Shown: one piece after another, positions 23,301 through 38,300 of the stretch
Layout of the letters: the number at the start of each line of letters is the position of its first letter
Numbering within the stretch: the stretch's first letter is position 1
Program-made: the position numbers and the translations under genes
Notes under the pieces: model-generated
The model's database searches: none
What the model saw: the letters and a program-made list of their open reading frames with translations, nothing else
Told to the model about the DNA's origin: nothing
Assembly: GCF_009914755.1 (NCBI RefSeq)
Contig: NC_060937.1
Source: the human T2T-CHM13v2.0 reference genome, Homo sapiens
Reading direction: 5' to 3' (one strand)
DNA length: 64,000 nucleotides

Positions 23301-26300
23301 TCAATAGAAAGGTTCAACTCTTTTAGTTGAGTACACACATCACAAACAAGTTTCTGAGAATGCTTCTGTCTGGCTTTTATTGGAAGACGTTTCCTTTTCA
23401 CCAAAGGCATCAAAGCGCTCCAAATGTCCACTTCCAGATTCTTCCAAAAGAGTGTTTGAAACGTGCTCAAAGTAAGGGAATGTTCAACTCTGTGACTTGA
23501 ATGCAGATATCACCAAGTAGTTTCTAATAGTGCTTCTGTCTAGATTTTAGATGATGATATTCCCGTTTCCAACGAAATCGTTAGAGCTATCCAAATATCC
23601 ACTTACAGTTGCTACAAAAACAGTGTTTCCAAACTGCTGCATCAAAAGAAAGGTTCAACTCTGTTAGTTGAGGACACACGTCACAAAGAAGTTTGTGAGA
23701 ATGCTTCTGTCTAGATTTTGTATGACGATATTCCCTTTTCCAACGATATCGTTAAAGCAATCTAAATATCCATTTGCAGAATCCACAAAAATAGAGTTTC
23801 AAAGCTGCTCTGTAAAAAGAAAGGTTCCACTCTGTTAGCTGAGTACACACATCACAAACTTGTTTCTCAGAATCCTTCTGTCTCGTTTTTCTGGGAAGAT
23901 ATTTACTTTTTCACCGTAGGCATCAAAGCGCTCCAAATGTCCACATCCAGATACTCCAGAAAGAGTGTTTCAAACCTGCTCTATGAAAGGGAATCTTCAA
24001 CTCTATGAGTTGAATGCAGACATCAGAAAGAAATTTCTGAGAATGCTGCTGTCTACCTTTTATTTGAATTCCCGCTTCCAACGAAATCCTCCAAGCTATC
24101 CAAATATCCACTTGCAGATTCCACAAAAAGAGTGTTTCAAAACTGCTCTCTATCAATGGCAAAGTTCAACTCTGTTAGTTGAGGACACATATCACCAACA
24201 AGTTTCTGAGAATGCTTCTGTCTATTTTTTATGGGAAGATATTTCCTTTTTCACCGTAGGCGTCAAGGCGATCGAAATGTCCACTTCCACAAACTACAAA
24301 AAGAGTGTTTCAAACCTGCTCTATGAAAGGCCATGTTCATCTCTATGAGTCGAATGGAAATATCCGAAAGAAATTTCTGGGAATGCTGCTGTCTAGTTTT
24401 TATACGAATTCCCGCTTCCAACGAAATCCTCAAAGCAATCCAAATATCCACTTGCAGAATCCACAAAAAGAGTGTTTCAAAACTGCTCTATCAATAGAAA
24501 GGTTCAACTCTTTTAGTTGAGTACACACATCACAAACAAGTTTCTGAGAATGCTTCTGTCTGGCTTTTATTGGAAGACGTTTCCTTTTCACCAAAGGCAT
24601 CAAAGCGCTCCAAATGTCCACTTCCAGATTCTTCCAAAAGAGTGTTTGAAACGTGCTCAAAGTAAGGGAATGTTCAACTCTGTGACTTGAATGCAGATAT
24701 CACCAAGTAGTTTCTAATAGTGCTTCTGTCTAGATTTTAGATGATGATATTCCCGTTTCCAACGAAATCGTTAGAGCTATCCAAATATCCACTTACAGTT
24801 GCTACAAAAACAGTGTTTCCAAACTGCTGCATCAAAAGAAAGGTTCAACTCTGTTAGTTGAGGACACACGTCACAAAGAAGTTTGTGAGAATGCTTCTGT
24901 CTAGATTTTGTATGACGATATTCCCTTTTCCAACGATATCGTTAAAGCAATCTAAATATCCATTTGCAGAATCCACAAAAATAGAGTTTCAAAGCTGCTC
25001 TGTAAAAAGAAAGGTTCCACTCTGTTAGCTGAGTACACACATCACAAACTTGTTTCTCAGAATCCTTCTGTCTCGTTTTTCTGGGAAGATATTTACTTTT
25101 TCACCGTAGGCATCAAAGCGCTCCAAATGTCCACATCCAGATACTCCAGAAAGAGTGTTTCAAACCTGCTCTATGAAAGGGAATCTTCAACTCTATGAGT
25201 TGAATGCAGACATCAGAAAGAAATTTCTGAGAATGCTGCTGTCTACCTTTTATTTGAATTCCCGCTTCCAACGAAATCCTCCAAGCTATCCAAATATCCA
25301 CTTGCAGATTCCACAAAAAGAGTGTTTCAAAACTGCTCTCTATCAATGGCAAAGTTCAACTCTGTTAGTTGAGGACACATATCACCAACAAGTTTCTGAG
25401 AATGCTTCTGTCTATTTTTTATGGGAAGATATTTCCTTTTTCACCGTAGGTGTCAAGGCGATCGAAATGTCCACTTCCACAAACTACAAAAAGAGTGTTT
25501 CAAACCTGCTCTATGAAAGGCCATGTTCATCTCTATGAGTCGAATGGAAATATCCGAAAGAAATTTCTGGGAATGCTGCTGTCTAGTTTTTATACGAATT
25601 CCCGCTTCCAACGAAATCCTCAAAGCAATCCAAATATCCACTTGCAGAATCCACAAAAAGAGTGTTTCAAAACTGCTCTATCAATAGAAAGGTTCAACTC
25701 TTTTAGTTGAGTACACACATCACAAACAAGTTTCTGAGAATGCTTCTGTCTGGCTTTTATTGGAAGACGTTTCCTTTTCACCAAAGGCATCAAAGCGCTC
25801 CAAATGTCCACTTCCAGATTCTTCCAAAAGAGTGTTTGAAACGTGCTCAAAGTAAGGGAATGTTCAACTCTGTGACTTGAATGCAGATATCACCAAGTAG
25901 TTTCTAATAGTGCTTCTGTCTAGATTTTAGATGATGATATTCCCGTTTCCAACGAAATCGTTAGAGCTATCCAAATATCCACTTACAGTTGCTACAAAAA
26001 CAGTGTTTCCAAACTGCTGCATCAAAAGAAAGGTTCAACTCTGTTAGTTGAGGACACACGTCACAAAGAAGTTTGTGAGAATGCTTCTGTCTAGATTTTG
26101 TATGACGATATTCCCTTTTCCAACGATATCATTAAAGCAATCTAAATATCCATTTGCAGAATCCACAAAAATAGAGTTTCAAAGCTGCTCTGTAAAAAGA
26201 AAGGTTCCACTCTGTTAGCTGAGTACACACATCACAAACTTGTTTCTCAGAATCCTTCTGTCTCGTTTTTCTGGGAAGATATTTACTTTTTCACCGTAGG

Positions 26301-28046
26301 CATCAAAGCGCTCCAAATGTCCACATCCAGATACTCCAGAAAGAGTGTTTCAAACCTGCTCTATGAAAGGGAATCTTCAACTCTATGAGTTGAATGCAGA
26401 CATCAGAAAGAAATTTCTGAGAATGCTGCTGTCTACCTTTTATTTGAATTCCCGCTTCCAACGAAATCCTCCAAGCTATCCAAATATCCACTTGCAGATT
26501 CCACAAAAAGAGTGTTTCAAAACTGCTCTCTATCAATGGCAAAGTTCAACTCTGTTAGTTGAGGACACATATCACCAACAAGTTTCTGAGAATGCTTCTG
26601 TCTATTTTTTATGGGAAGATATTTCCTTTTTCACCGTAGGCGTCAAGGCGATCGAAATGTCCACTTCCACAAACTACAAAAAGAGTGTTTCAAACCTGCT
26701 CTATGAAAGGCCATGTTCATCTCTATGAGTCGAATGGAAATATCCGAAAGAAATTTCTGGGAATGCTGCTGTCTAGTTTTTATACGAATTCCCGCTTCCA
26801 ACGAAATCCTCAAAGCAATCCAAATATCCACTTGCAGAATCCACAAAAAGAGTGTTTCAAAACTGCTCTATCAATAGAAAGGTTCAACTCTTTTAGTTGA
26901 GTACACACATCACAAACAAGTTTCTGAGAATGCTTCTGTCTGGCTTTTATTGGAAGACGTTTCCTTTTCACCAAAGGCATCAAAGCGCTCCAAATGTCCA
27001 CTTCCAGATTCTTCCAAAAGAGTGTTTGAAACGTGCTCAAAGTAAGGGAATGTTCAACTCTGTGACTTGAATGCAGATATCACCAAGTAGTTTCTAATAG
27101 TGCTTCTGTCTAGATTTTAGATGATGATATTCCCGTTTCCAACGAAATCGTTAGAGCTATCCAAATATCCACTTACAGTTGCTACAAAAACAGTGTTTCC
27201 AAACTGCTGCATCAAAAGAAAGGTTCAACTCTGTTAGTTGAGGACACACGTCACAAAGAAGTTTGTGAGAATGCTTCTGTCTAGATTTTGTATGACGATA
27301 TTCCCTTTTCCAACGATATCGTTAAAGCAATCTAAATATCCATTTGCAGAATCCACAAAAATAGAGTTTCAAAGCTGCTCTGTAAAAAGAAAGGTTCCAC
27401 TCTGTTAGCTGAGTACACACATCACAAACTTGTTTCTCAGAATCCTTCTGTCTCGTTTTTCTGGGAAGATATTTACTTTTTCACCGTAGGCATCAAAGCG
27501 CTCCAAATGTCCACATCCAGATACTCCAGAAAGAGTGTTTCAAACCTGCTCTATGAAAGGGAATCTTCAACTCTATGAGTTGAATGCAGACATCAGAAAG
27601 AAATTTCTGAGAATGCTGCTGTCTACCTTTTATTTGAATTCCCGCTTCCAACGAAATCCTCCAAGCTATCCAAATATCCACTTGCAGATTCCACAAAAAG
27701 AGTGTTTCAAAACTGCTCTCTATCAATGGCAAAGTTCAACTCTGTTAGTTGAGGACACATATCACCAACAAGTTTCTGAGAATGCTTCTGTCTATTTTTT
27801 ATGGGAAGATATTTCCTTTTTCACCGTAGGCGTCAAGGCGATCGAAATGTCCACTTCCACAAACTACAAAAAGAGTGTTTCAAACCTGCTCTATGAAAGG
27901 CCATGTTCATCTCTATGAGTCGAATGGAAATATCCGAAAGAAATTTCTGGGAATGCTGCTGTCTAGTTTTTATACGAATTCCCGCTTCCAACGAAATCCT
28001 CAAAGCAATCCAAATATCCACTTGCAGAATCCACAAAAAGAGTGTT
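17337..28046 (-). repeat. Run of nine tandem 7-mer HORs (U11-U19, 1190 bp each)
   Basis: Exact 1190-bp period with no 680-bp segment. Confidence 0.96.
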
Positions 28047-31000
28047 TCAAAACTGCTCTATCAATAGAAAGGTTCAACTCTTTTAGTTGAGTACACACAT
28101 CACAAACAAGTTTCTGAGAATGCTTCTGTCTGGCTTTTATTGGAAGACGTTTCCTTTTCACCAAAGGCATCAAAGCGCTCCAAATGTCCACTTCCAGATT
28201 CTTCCAAAAGAGTGTTTGAAACGTGCTCAAAGTAAGGGAATGTTCAACTCTGTGACTTGAATGCAGATATCACCAAGTAGTTTCTAATAGTGCTTCTGTC
28301 TAGATTTTAGATGATGATATTCCCGTTTCCAACGAAATCGTTAGAGCTATCCAAATATCCACTTACAGTTTCTACAAAAAGAGTGTTTCCAAACTGCTGC
28401 ATCAAAAGAAAGGTTCAACTCTGTTAGTTGAGGACACACGTCACAAAGAAGTTTGTGAGAATGCTTCTGTCTAGATTTTGTATGACCATATTCCCTTTTC
28501 CAGCGATATCATTAAAGCAATCTAAATATCCATTTGCAGAATCCACAAAAATAGAGTTTCAAAGCTGCTCTGTAAAAAGAAAGGTTCCACTCTGTTAGCT
28601 GAGTACACACATCACAAACTTGTTTCTCAGAATCCTTCTGTCTCGTTTTTCTGGGAAGATATTTACTTTTTCACCGTAGGCATCAAAGCGCTCCAAATGT
28701 CCACATCCAGATACTCCAGAAAGAGTGTTTCAAACCTGCTCTATGAAAGGGAATCTTCAACTCTATGAGTTGAATGCAGACATCAGAAAGAAATTTCTGA
28801 GAATGCTGCTGTCTACCTTTTATTTGAATTCCCGCTTCCAACGAAATCCTCCAAGCTATCCAAATATCCACCTGCATTTTCCACAAAAAGAGCGTTTCAA
28901 AACTGCTCTATCAATAGAAATGTTCAACTCCTTTGGCTGGGTACACACATCACAAACAAGTTTCTGAGAATGCTTCTGTCTAGTTTTTATGGGAAGACAT
29001 TCCCTTTTTCACCAAAGGCATCAAAGCGCTCCAAATGTCCACTTCCAGACACTACAAAAAGAGTGTTTCCAACGTGCTCTAAGAAAGCGAATGTTCAACT
29101 CTGTGACTTGAATGCAGATATCACAAAGTAGTTTCTGAGAGGGCTTCTGTCTAGATTTTAGATGATGATATTCCCGTTTCCAACGAAATCATTAGAGCTA
29201 TCCAAATATCCACTTACAGTTTCTACAAAAAGAGTGTTTCCAAACTGCTGCATCAAAAGAGAGGTTCCACTCTGTTAGCTGAGTACACACATCACAAACT
29301 TGTTTCTGAGAATCCTTCTGTGTCGTTTTTATGGGAAGATATTTACTTTTTCACCGTAGGCATCAAAGCGCTCCAAATGTCCACATCCAGATACTCCAGA
29401 AAGAGTGTTTCAAACCTGCTCTATGAAAGGGAATCTTCAACTCTATGAGTTGAATGCAGACATCAGAAAGAAATTTCTGAGAATGCTGCTGTCTACCTTT
29501 TATTTGAATTCCCGCTTCCAACGAAATCCTCCAAGCTATCCAAATATCCACTTGCAGATTCCACAAAAAGAGTGTTTCAAAACTGCTCTCTATCAATGGC
29601 AAAGTTCAACTCTGTTAGTTGAGGACACATATCACCAACAAGTTTCTGAGAATGCTTCTGTCTATTTTTTATGGGAAGATATTTCCTTTTTCACCGTAGG
29701 CGTCAAGGCGATCGAAATGTCCACTTCCACAAACTACAAAAAGAGTGTTTCAAACCTGCTCTATGAAAGGCCATGTTCATCTCTATGAGTCGAATGGAAA
29801 TATCCGAAAGAAATTTCTGGGAATGCTGCTGTCTAGTTTTTATACGAATTCCCGCTTCCAACGAAATCCTCAAAGCAATCCAAATATCCACTTGCAGAAT
29901 CCACAAAAAGAGTGTTTCAAAACTGCTCTATCAATAGAAAGGTTCAACTCTTTTAGTTGAGTACACACATCACAAACAAGTTTCTGAGAATGCTTCTGTC
30001 TGGCTTTTATTGGAAGACGTTTCCTTTTCACCAAAGGCATCAAAGCGCTCCAAATGTCCACTTCCAGATTCTTCCAAAAGAGTGTTTGAAACGTGCTCAA
30101 AGTAAGGGAATGTTCAACTCTGTGACTTGAATGCAGATATCACCAAGTAGTTTCTAATAGTGCTTCTGTCTAGATTTTAGATGATGATATTCCCGTTTCC
30201 AACGAAATCGTTAGAGCTATCCAAATATCCACTTACAGTTGCTACAAAAACAGTGTTTCCAAACTGCTGCATCAAAAGAAAGGTTCAACTCTGTTAGTTG
30301 AGGACACACGTCACAAAGAAGTTTGTGAGAATGCTTCTGTCTAGATTTTGTATGACGATATTCCCTTTTCCAACGATATCGTTAAAGCAATCTAAATATC
30401 CATTTGCAGAATCCACAAAAATAGAGTTTCAAAGCTGCTCTGTAAAAAGAAAGGTTCCACTCTGTTAGCTGAGTACACACATCACATACTTGTTTCTCAG
30501 AATCCTTCTGTCTCGTTTTTATGGGAAGATATTTACTTTTTCACCGTAGGCATCAAAGCGCTCCAAATGTCCACATCCAGATACTCCAGAAAGAGTGTTT
30601 CAAACCTGCTCTATGAAAGGGAATCTTCAACTCTATGAGTTGAATGCAGACATCAGAAAGAAATTTCTGAGAATGCTGCTGTCTACCTTTTATTTGAATT
30701 CCCGCTTCCAACGAAATCCTCCAAGCTATCCAAATATCCACTTGCAGATTCCACAAAAAGAGTGTTTCAAAACTGCTCTCTATCAATGGCAAAGTTCAAC
30801 TCTGTTAGTTGAGGACACATATCACCAACAAGTTTCTGAGAATGCTTCTGTCTATTTTTTATGGGAAGATATTTCCTTTTTCACCGTAGGCGTCAAGGCG
30901 ATCGAAATGTCCACTTCCACAAACTACAAAAAGAGTGTTTCAAACCTGCTCTATGAAAGGCCATGTTCATCTCTATGAGTCGAATGGAAATATCCGAAAG

Positions 31001-34000
31001 AAATTTCTGGGAATGCTGCTGTCTAGTTTTTATATGAATTCCCGCTTCCAACGAAATCCTCAAAGCAATCCAAATATCCACTTGCAGAATCCACAAAAAG
31101 AGTGTTTCAAAACTGCTCTATCAATAGAAAGGTTCAACTCTTTTAGTTGAGTACACACATCACAAACAAGTTTCTGAGAATGCTTCTGTCTGGCTTTTAT
31201 TGGAAGACGTTTCCTTTTCACCAAAGGCATCAAAGCGCTCCAAATGTCCACTTCCAGATTCTTCCAAAAGAGTGTTTGAAACGTGCTCAAAGTAAGGGAA
31301 TGTTCAACTCTGTGACTTGAATGCAGATATCACCAAGTAGTTTCTAATAGTGCTTCTGTCTAGATTTTAGATGATGATATTCCCGTTTCCAACGAAATCG
31401 TTAGAGCTATCCAAATATCCACTTACAGTTGCTACAAAAACAGTGTTTCCAAACTGCTGCATCAAAAGAAAGGTTCAACTCTGTTAGTTGAGGACACACG
31501 TCACAAAGAAGTTTGTGAGAATGCTTCTGTCTAGATTTTGTATGACGATATTCCCTTTTCCAACGATATCGTTAAAGCAATCTAAATATCCATTTGCAGA
31601 ATCCACAAAAATAGAGTTTCAAAGCTGCTCTGTAAAAAGAAAGGTTCCACTCTGTTAGCTGAGTACACACATCACAAACTTGTTTCTCAGAATCCTTCTG
31701 TCTCGTTTTTATGGGAAGATATTTACTTTTTCACCGTAGGCATCAAAGCGCTCCAAATGTCCACATCCAGATACTCCAGAAAGAGTGTTTCAAACCTGCT
31801 CTATGAAAGGGAATCTTCAACTCTATGAGTTGAATGCAGACATCAGAAAGAAATTTCTGAGAATGCTGCTGTCTACCTTTTATTTGAATTCCCGCTTCCA
31901 ACGAAATCCTCCAAGCTATCCAAATATCCACTTGCAGATTCCACAAAAAGAGTGTTTCAAAACTGCTCTCTATCAATGGCAAAGTTCAACTCTGTTAGTT
32001 GAGGACACATATCACCAACAAGTTTCTGAGAATGCTTCTGTCTATTTTTTATGGGAAGATATTTCCTTTTTCACCGTAGGCGTCAAGGCGATCGAAATGT
32101 CCACTTCCACAAACTACAAAAAGAGTGTTTCAAACCTGCTCTATGAAAGGCCATGTTCATCTCTATGAGTCGAATGGAAATATCCGAAAGAAATTTCTGG
32201 GAATGCTGCTGTCTAGTTTTTATACGAATTCCCGCTTCCAACGAAATCCTCAAAGCAATCCAAATATCCACTTGCAGAATCCACAAAAAGAGTGTTTCAA
32301 AACTGCTCTATCAATAGAAAGGTTCAACTCTTTTAGTTGAGTACACACATCACAAACAAGTTTCTGAGAATGCTTCTGTCTGGCTTTTATTGGAAGACGT
32401 TTCCTTTTCACCAAAGGCATCAAAGCGCTCCAAATGTCCACTTCCAGATTCTTCCAAAAGAGTGTTTGAAACGTGCTCAAAGTAAGGGAATGTTCAACTC
32501 TGTGACTTGAATGCAGATATCACCAAGTAGTTTCTAATAGTGCTTCTGTCTAGATTTTAGATGATGATATTCCCGTTTCCAACGAAATCGTTAGAGCTAT
32601 CCAAATATCCACTTACAGTTGCTACAAAAACAGTGTTTCCAAACTGCTGCATCAAAAGAAAGGTTCAACTCTGTTAGTTGAGGACACACGTCACAAAGAA
32701 GTTTGTGAGAATGCTTCTGTCTAGATTTTGTATGACGATATTCCCTTTTCCAACGATATCGTTAAAGCAATCTAAATATCCATTTGCAGAATCCACAAAA
32801 ATAGAGTTTCAAAGCTGCTCTGTAAAAAGAAAGGTTCCACTCTGTTAGCTGAGTACACACATCACAAACTTGTTTCTCAGAATCCTTCTGTCTCGTTTTT
32901 ATGGGAAGATATTTACTTTTTCACCGTAGGCATCAAAGCGCTCCAAATGTCCACATCCAGATACTCCAGAAAGAGTGTTTCAAACCTGCTCTATGAAAGG
33001 GAATCTTCAACTCTATGAGTTGAATGCAGACATCAGAAAGAAATTTCTGAGAATGCTGCTGTCTACCTTTTATTTGAATTCCCGCTTCCAACGAAATCCT
33101 CCAAGCTATCCAAATATCCACTTGCAGATTCCACAAAAAGAGTGTTTCAAAACTGCTCTCTATCAATGGCAAAGTTCAACTCTGTTAGTTGAGGACACAT
33201 ATCACCAACAAGTTTCTGAGAATGCTTCTGTCTATTTTTTATGGGAAGATATTTCCTTTTTCACCGTAGGCGTCAAGGCGATCGAAATGTCCACTTCCAC
33301 AAACTACAAAAAGAGTGTTTCAAACCTGCTCTATGAAAGGCCATGTTCATCTCTATGAGTCGAATGGAAATATCCGAAAGAAATTTCTGGGAATGCTGCT
33401 GTCTAGTTTTTATACGAATTCCCGCTTCCAACGAAATCCTCAAAGCAATCCAAATATCCACTTGCAGAATCCACAAAAAGAGTGTTTCAAAACTGCTCTA
33501 TCAATAGAAAGGTTCAACTCTTTTAGTTGAGTACACACATCACAAACAAGTTTCTGAGAATGCTTCTGTCTGGCTTTTATTGGAAGACGTTTCCTTTTCA
33601 CCAAAGGCATCAAAGCGCTCCAAATGTCCACTTCCAGATTCTTCCAAAAGAGTGTTTGAAACGTGCTCAAAGTAAGGGAATGTTCAACTCTGTGACTTGA
33701 ATGCAGATATCACCAAGTAGTTTCTAATAGTGCTTCTGTCTAGATTTTAGATGATGATATTCCCGTTTCCAACGAAATCGTTAGAGCTATCCAAATATCC
33801 ACTTACAGTTTCTACAAAAAGAGTGTTTCCAAACTGCTGCATCAAAAGAAAGGTTCAACTCTGTTAGTTGAGGACACACATCACAAAGAAGTTTGTGAGA
33901 ATGCTTCTGTCTAGATTTTGTATGACCATATTCCCTTTTCCAGCGATATCATTAAAGCAATCTAAATATCCATTTGCAGAATCCACAAAATTAGAGTTTC

Positions 34001-35354
34001 AAAGCTGCTCTGTAAAAAGAAAGGTTCCACTCTGTTAGCTGAGTACACACATCACAAACTTGTTTCTCAGAATCCTTCTGTCTCGTTTTTATGGGAAGAT
34101 ATTTACTTTTTCACCGTAGGCATCAAAGCGCTCCAAATGTCCACATCCAGATACTCCAGAAAGAGTGTTTCAAACCTGCTCTATGAAAGGGAATCTTCAA
34201 CTCTATGAGTTGAATGCAGACATCAGAAAGAAATTTCTGAGAATGCTGCTGTCTACCTTTTATTTGAACTCCCGCTTCCAACGAAATCCTCCAAGCTATC
34301 CAAATATCCACTTGCATTTTCCACAAAAAGAGTGCTTCAAAACTGCTCTATCAATAAATGTTCAACTCCTTTAGCTGGGTGCACACATCGCAAACAAGTT
34401 TCTGAGAATGCTTCTGTCTAGTTTTTATGGGAAGACATTCCCTTTTTCACCAAAGGCATCAAAGCGCTCCAAATGTCCACTTCCAGACACTACAAAAAGA
34501 GTGTTTCCAACGTGCTCTAAGAAAGCGAATGTTCAACTCTGTGACTTGAATGCAGATATCACAAAGTAGTTTCTGAGAGGGCTTCTGTCTAGATTTTAGA
34601 TGATGATATTCCCGTTTCCAACGAAATCATTAGAGCTATCCAAATATCCACTTACAGTTTCTACAAAAAGAGTGTTTCCAAACTGCTGCATCAAAAGAGA
34701 GGTTCCACTCTGTTAGCTGAGTACACACATCACAAACTTGTTTCTGAGAATCCTTCTGTGTCGTTTTTATGGGAAGATATTTACTTTTTCACCGTAGGCA
34801 TCAAAGCGCTCCAAATGTCCACATCCAGATACTCCAGAAAGAGTGTTTCAAACCTGCTCTATGAAAGGGAATCTTCAACTCTATGAGTTGAATGCAGACA
34901 TCAGAAAGAAATTTCTGAGAATGCTGCTGTCTACCTTTTATTTGAATTCCCGCTTCCAACGAAATCCTCCAAGCTATCCAAATATCCACTTGCAGATTCC
35001 ACAAAAAGAGTGTTTCAAAACTGCTCTCTATCAATGGCAAAGTTCAACTCTGTTAGTTGAGGACACATATCACCAACAAGTTTCTGAGAATGCTTCTGTC
35101 TATTTTTTATGGGAAGATATTTCCTTTTTCACCGTAGGCGTCAAGGCGATCGAAATGTCCACTTCCACAAACTACAAAAAGAGTGTTTCAAACCTGCTCT
35201 ATGAAAGGCCATGTTCATCTCTATGAGTCGAATGGAAATATCCGAAAGAAATTTCTGGGAATGCTGCTGTCTAGTTTTTATACGAATTCCCGCTTCCAAC
35301 GAAATCCTCAAAGCAATCCAAATATCCACTTGCAGAATCCACAAAAAGAGTGTT
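28047..35354 (-). repeat. U20 A (28047-29916), U21-U23 S (29917-33486), U24 B (33487-35354)
   Basis: Unit lengths are 1870, 3x1190 and 1868. Confidence 0.95.
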
Positions 35355-38300
35355 TCAAAACTGCTCTATCAATAGAAAGGTTCAACTCTTTTAGTTGAGT
35401 ACACACATCACAAACAAGTTTCTGAGAATGCTTCTGTCTGGCTTTTATTGGAAGACGTTTCCTTTTCACCAAAGGCATCAAAGCGCTCCAAATGTCCACT
35501 TCCAGATTCTTCCAAAAGAGTGTTTGAAACGTGCTCAAAGTAAGGGAATGTTCAACTCTGTGACTTGAATGCAGATATCACCAAGTAGTTTCTAATAGTG
35601 CTTCTGTCTAGATTTTAGATGATGATATTCCCGTTTCCAACGAAATCGTTAGAGCTATCCAAATATCCACTTACAGTTTCTACAAAAAGAGTGTTTCCAA
35701 ACTGCTGCATCAAAAGAAAGGTTCAACTCTGTTAGTTGAGGACACACATCACAAAGAAGTTTGTGAGAATGCTTCTGTCTAGATTTTGTATGACCATATT
35801 CCCTTTTCCAGCGATATCATTAAAGCAATCTAAATATCCATTTGCAGAATCCACAAAAATAGAGTTTCAAAGCTGCTCTGTAAAAAGAAAGGTTCCACTC
35901 TGTTAGCTGAGTACACACATCACAAACTTGTTTCTGAGAATCCTTCTGTCTCGTTTTTATGGGAAGATATTTACTTTTTCACCGTAGGCATCAAAGCGCT
36001 CCAAATGTCCACATCCAGATACTCCAGAAAGAGTGTTTCAAACCTGCTCTATGAAAGGGAATCTTCAACTCTATGAGTTGAATGCAGACATCAGAAAGAA
36101 ATTTCTGAGAATGCTGCTGTCTACCTTTTATTTGAATTCCCGCTTCCAACGAAATCCTCCAAGCTATCCAAATATCCACCTGCATTTTCCACAAAAAGAG
36201 CGTTTCAAAACTGCTCTATCAATAGAAATGTTCAACTCCTTTGGCTGGGTACACACATCACAAACAAGTTTCTGAGAATGCTTCTGTCTAGTTTTTATGG
36301 GAAGACATTCCCTTTTTCACCAAAGGCATCAAAGCGCTCCAAATGTCCACTTCCAGACACTACAAAAAGAGTGTTTCCAACGTGCTCTAAGAAAGCGAAT
36401 GTTCAACTCTGTGACTTGAATGCAGATATCACAAAGTAGTTTCTGAGAGGGCTTCTGTCTAGATTTTAGATGATGATATTCCCGTTTCCAACGAAATCAT
36501 TAGAGCTATCCAAATATCCACTTACAGTTTCTACAAAAAGAGTATTTCCAAACTGCTGCATCAAAAGAGAGGTTCCACTCTGTTAGCTGAGTACACACAT
36601 CACAAACTTGTTTCTCAGAATCCTTCTGTCTCGTTTTTCTGGGAAGATATTTACTTTTTCACCGTAGGCATCAAAGCGCTCCAAATGTCCACATCCAGAT
36701 ACTCCAGAAAGAGTGTTTCAAACCTGCTCTATGAAAGGGAATCTTCAACTCTATGAGTTGAATGCAGACATCAGAAAGAAATTTCTGAGAATGCTGCTGT
36801 CTACCTTTTATTTGAATTCCCGCTTCCAACGAAATCCTCCAAGCTATCCAAATATCCACTTGCAGATTCCACAAAAAGAGTGTTTCAAAACTGCTCTCTA
36901 TCAATGGCAAAGTTCAACTCTGTTAGTTGAGGACACATATCACCAACAAGTTTCTGAGAATGCTTCTGTCTATTTTTTATGGGAAGATATTTCCTTTTTC
37001 ACCGTAGGCGTCAAGGCGATCGAAATGTCCACTTCCACAAACTACAAAAAGAGTGTTTCAAACCTGCTCTATGAAAGGCCATGTTCATCTCTATGAGTCG
37101 AATGGAAATATCTGAAAGAAATTTCTGGGAATGCTGCTGTCTAGTTTTTATACGAATTCCCGCTTCCAACGAAATCCTCAAAGCAATCCAAATATCCACT
37201 TGCAGAATCCACAAAAAGAGTGTTTCAAAACTGCTCTATCAATAGAAAGGTTCAACTCTTTTAGTTGAGTACACACATCACAAACAAGTTTCTGAGAATG
37301 CTTCTGTCTGGCTTTTATTGGAAGACGTTTCCTTTTCACCAAAGGCATCAAAGCGCTCCAAATGTCCACTTCCAGATTCTTCCAAAAGAGTGTTTGAAAC
37401 GTGCTCAAAGTAAGGGAATGTTCAACTCTGTGACTTGAATGCAGATATCACCAAGTAGTTTCTAATAGTGCTTCTGTCTAGATTTTAGATGATGATATTC
37501 CCGTTTCCAACGAAATCGTTAGAGCTATCCAAATATCCACTTACAGTTTCTACAAAAAGAGTGTTTCCAAACTGCTGCATCAAAAGAAAGGTTCAACTCT
37601 GTTAGTTGAGGACACACATCACAAAGAAGTTTGTGAGAATGCTTCTGTCTAGATTTTGTATGACCATATTCCCTTTTCCAGCGATATCATTAAAGCAATC
37701 TAAATATCCATTTGCAGAATCCACAAAAATAGAGTTTCAAAGCTGCTCTGTAAAAAGAAAGGTTCCACTCTGTTAGCTGAGTACACACATCACAAACTTG
37801 TTTCTCAGAATCCTTCTGTCTCGTTTTTATGGGAAGATATTTACTTTTTCACCGTAGGCATCAAAGCGCTCCAAATGTCCACATCCAGATACTCCAGAAA
37901 GAGTGTTTCAAACCTGCTCTATGAAAGGGAATCTTCAACTCTATGAGTTGAATGCAGACATCAGAAAGAAATTTCTGAGAATGCTGCTGTCTACCTTTTA
38001 TTTGAACTCCCGCTTCCAACGAAATCCTCCAAGCTATCCAAATATCCACTTGCATTTTCCACAAAAAGAGTGCTTCAAAACTGCTCTATCAATAAATGTT
38101 CAACTCCTTTAGCTGGGTGCACACATCACAAACAAGTTTCTGAGAATGCTTCTGTCTAGTTTTTATGGGAAGACATTCCCTTTTTCACCAAAGGCATCAA
38201 AGCGCTCCAAATGTCCACTTCCAGACACTACAAAAAGAGTGTTTCCAACGTGCTCTAAGAAAGCGAATGTTCAACTCTGTGACTTGAATGCAGATATCAC

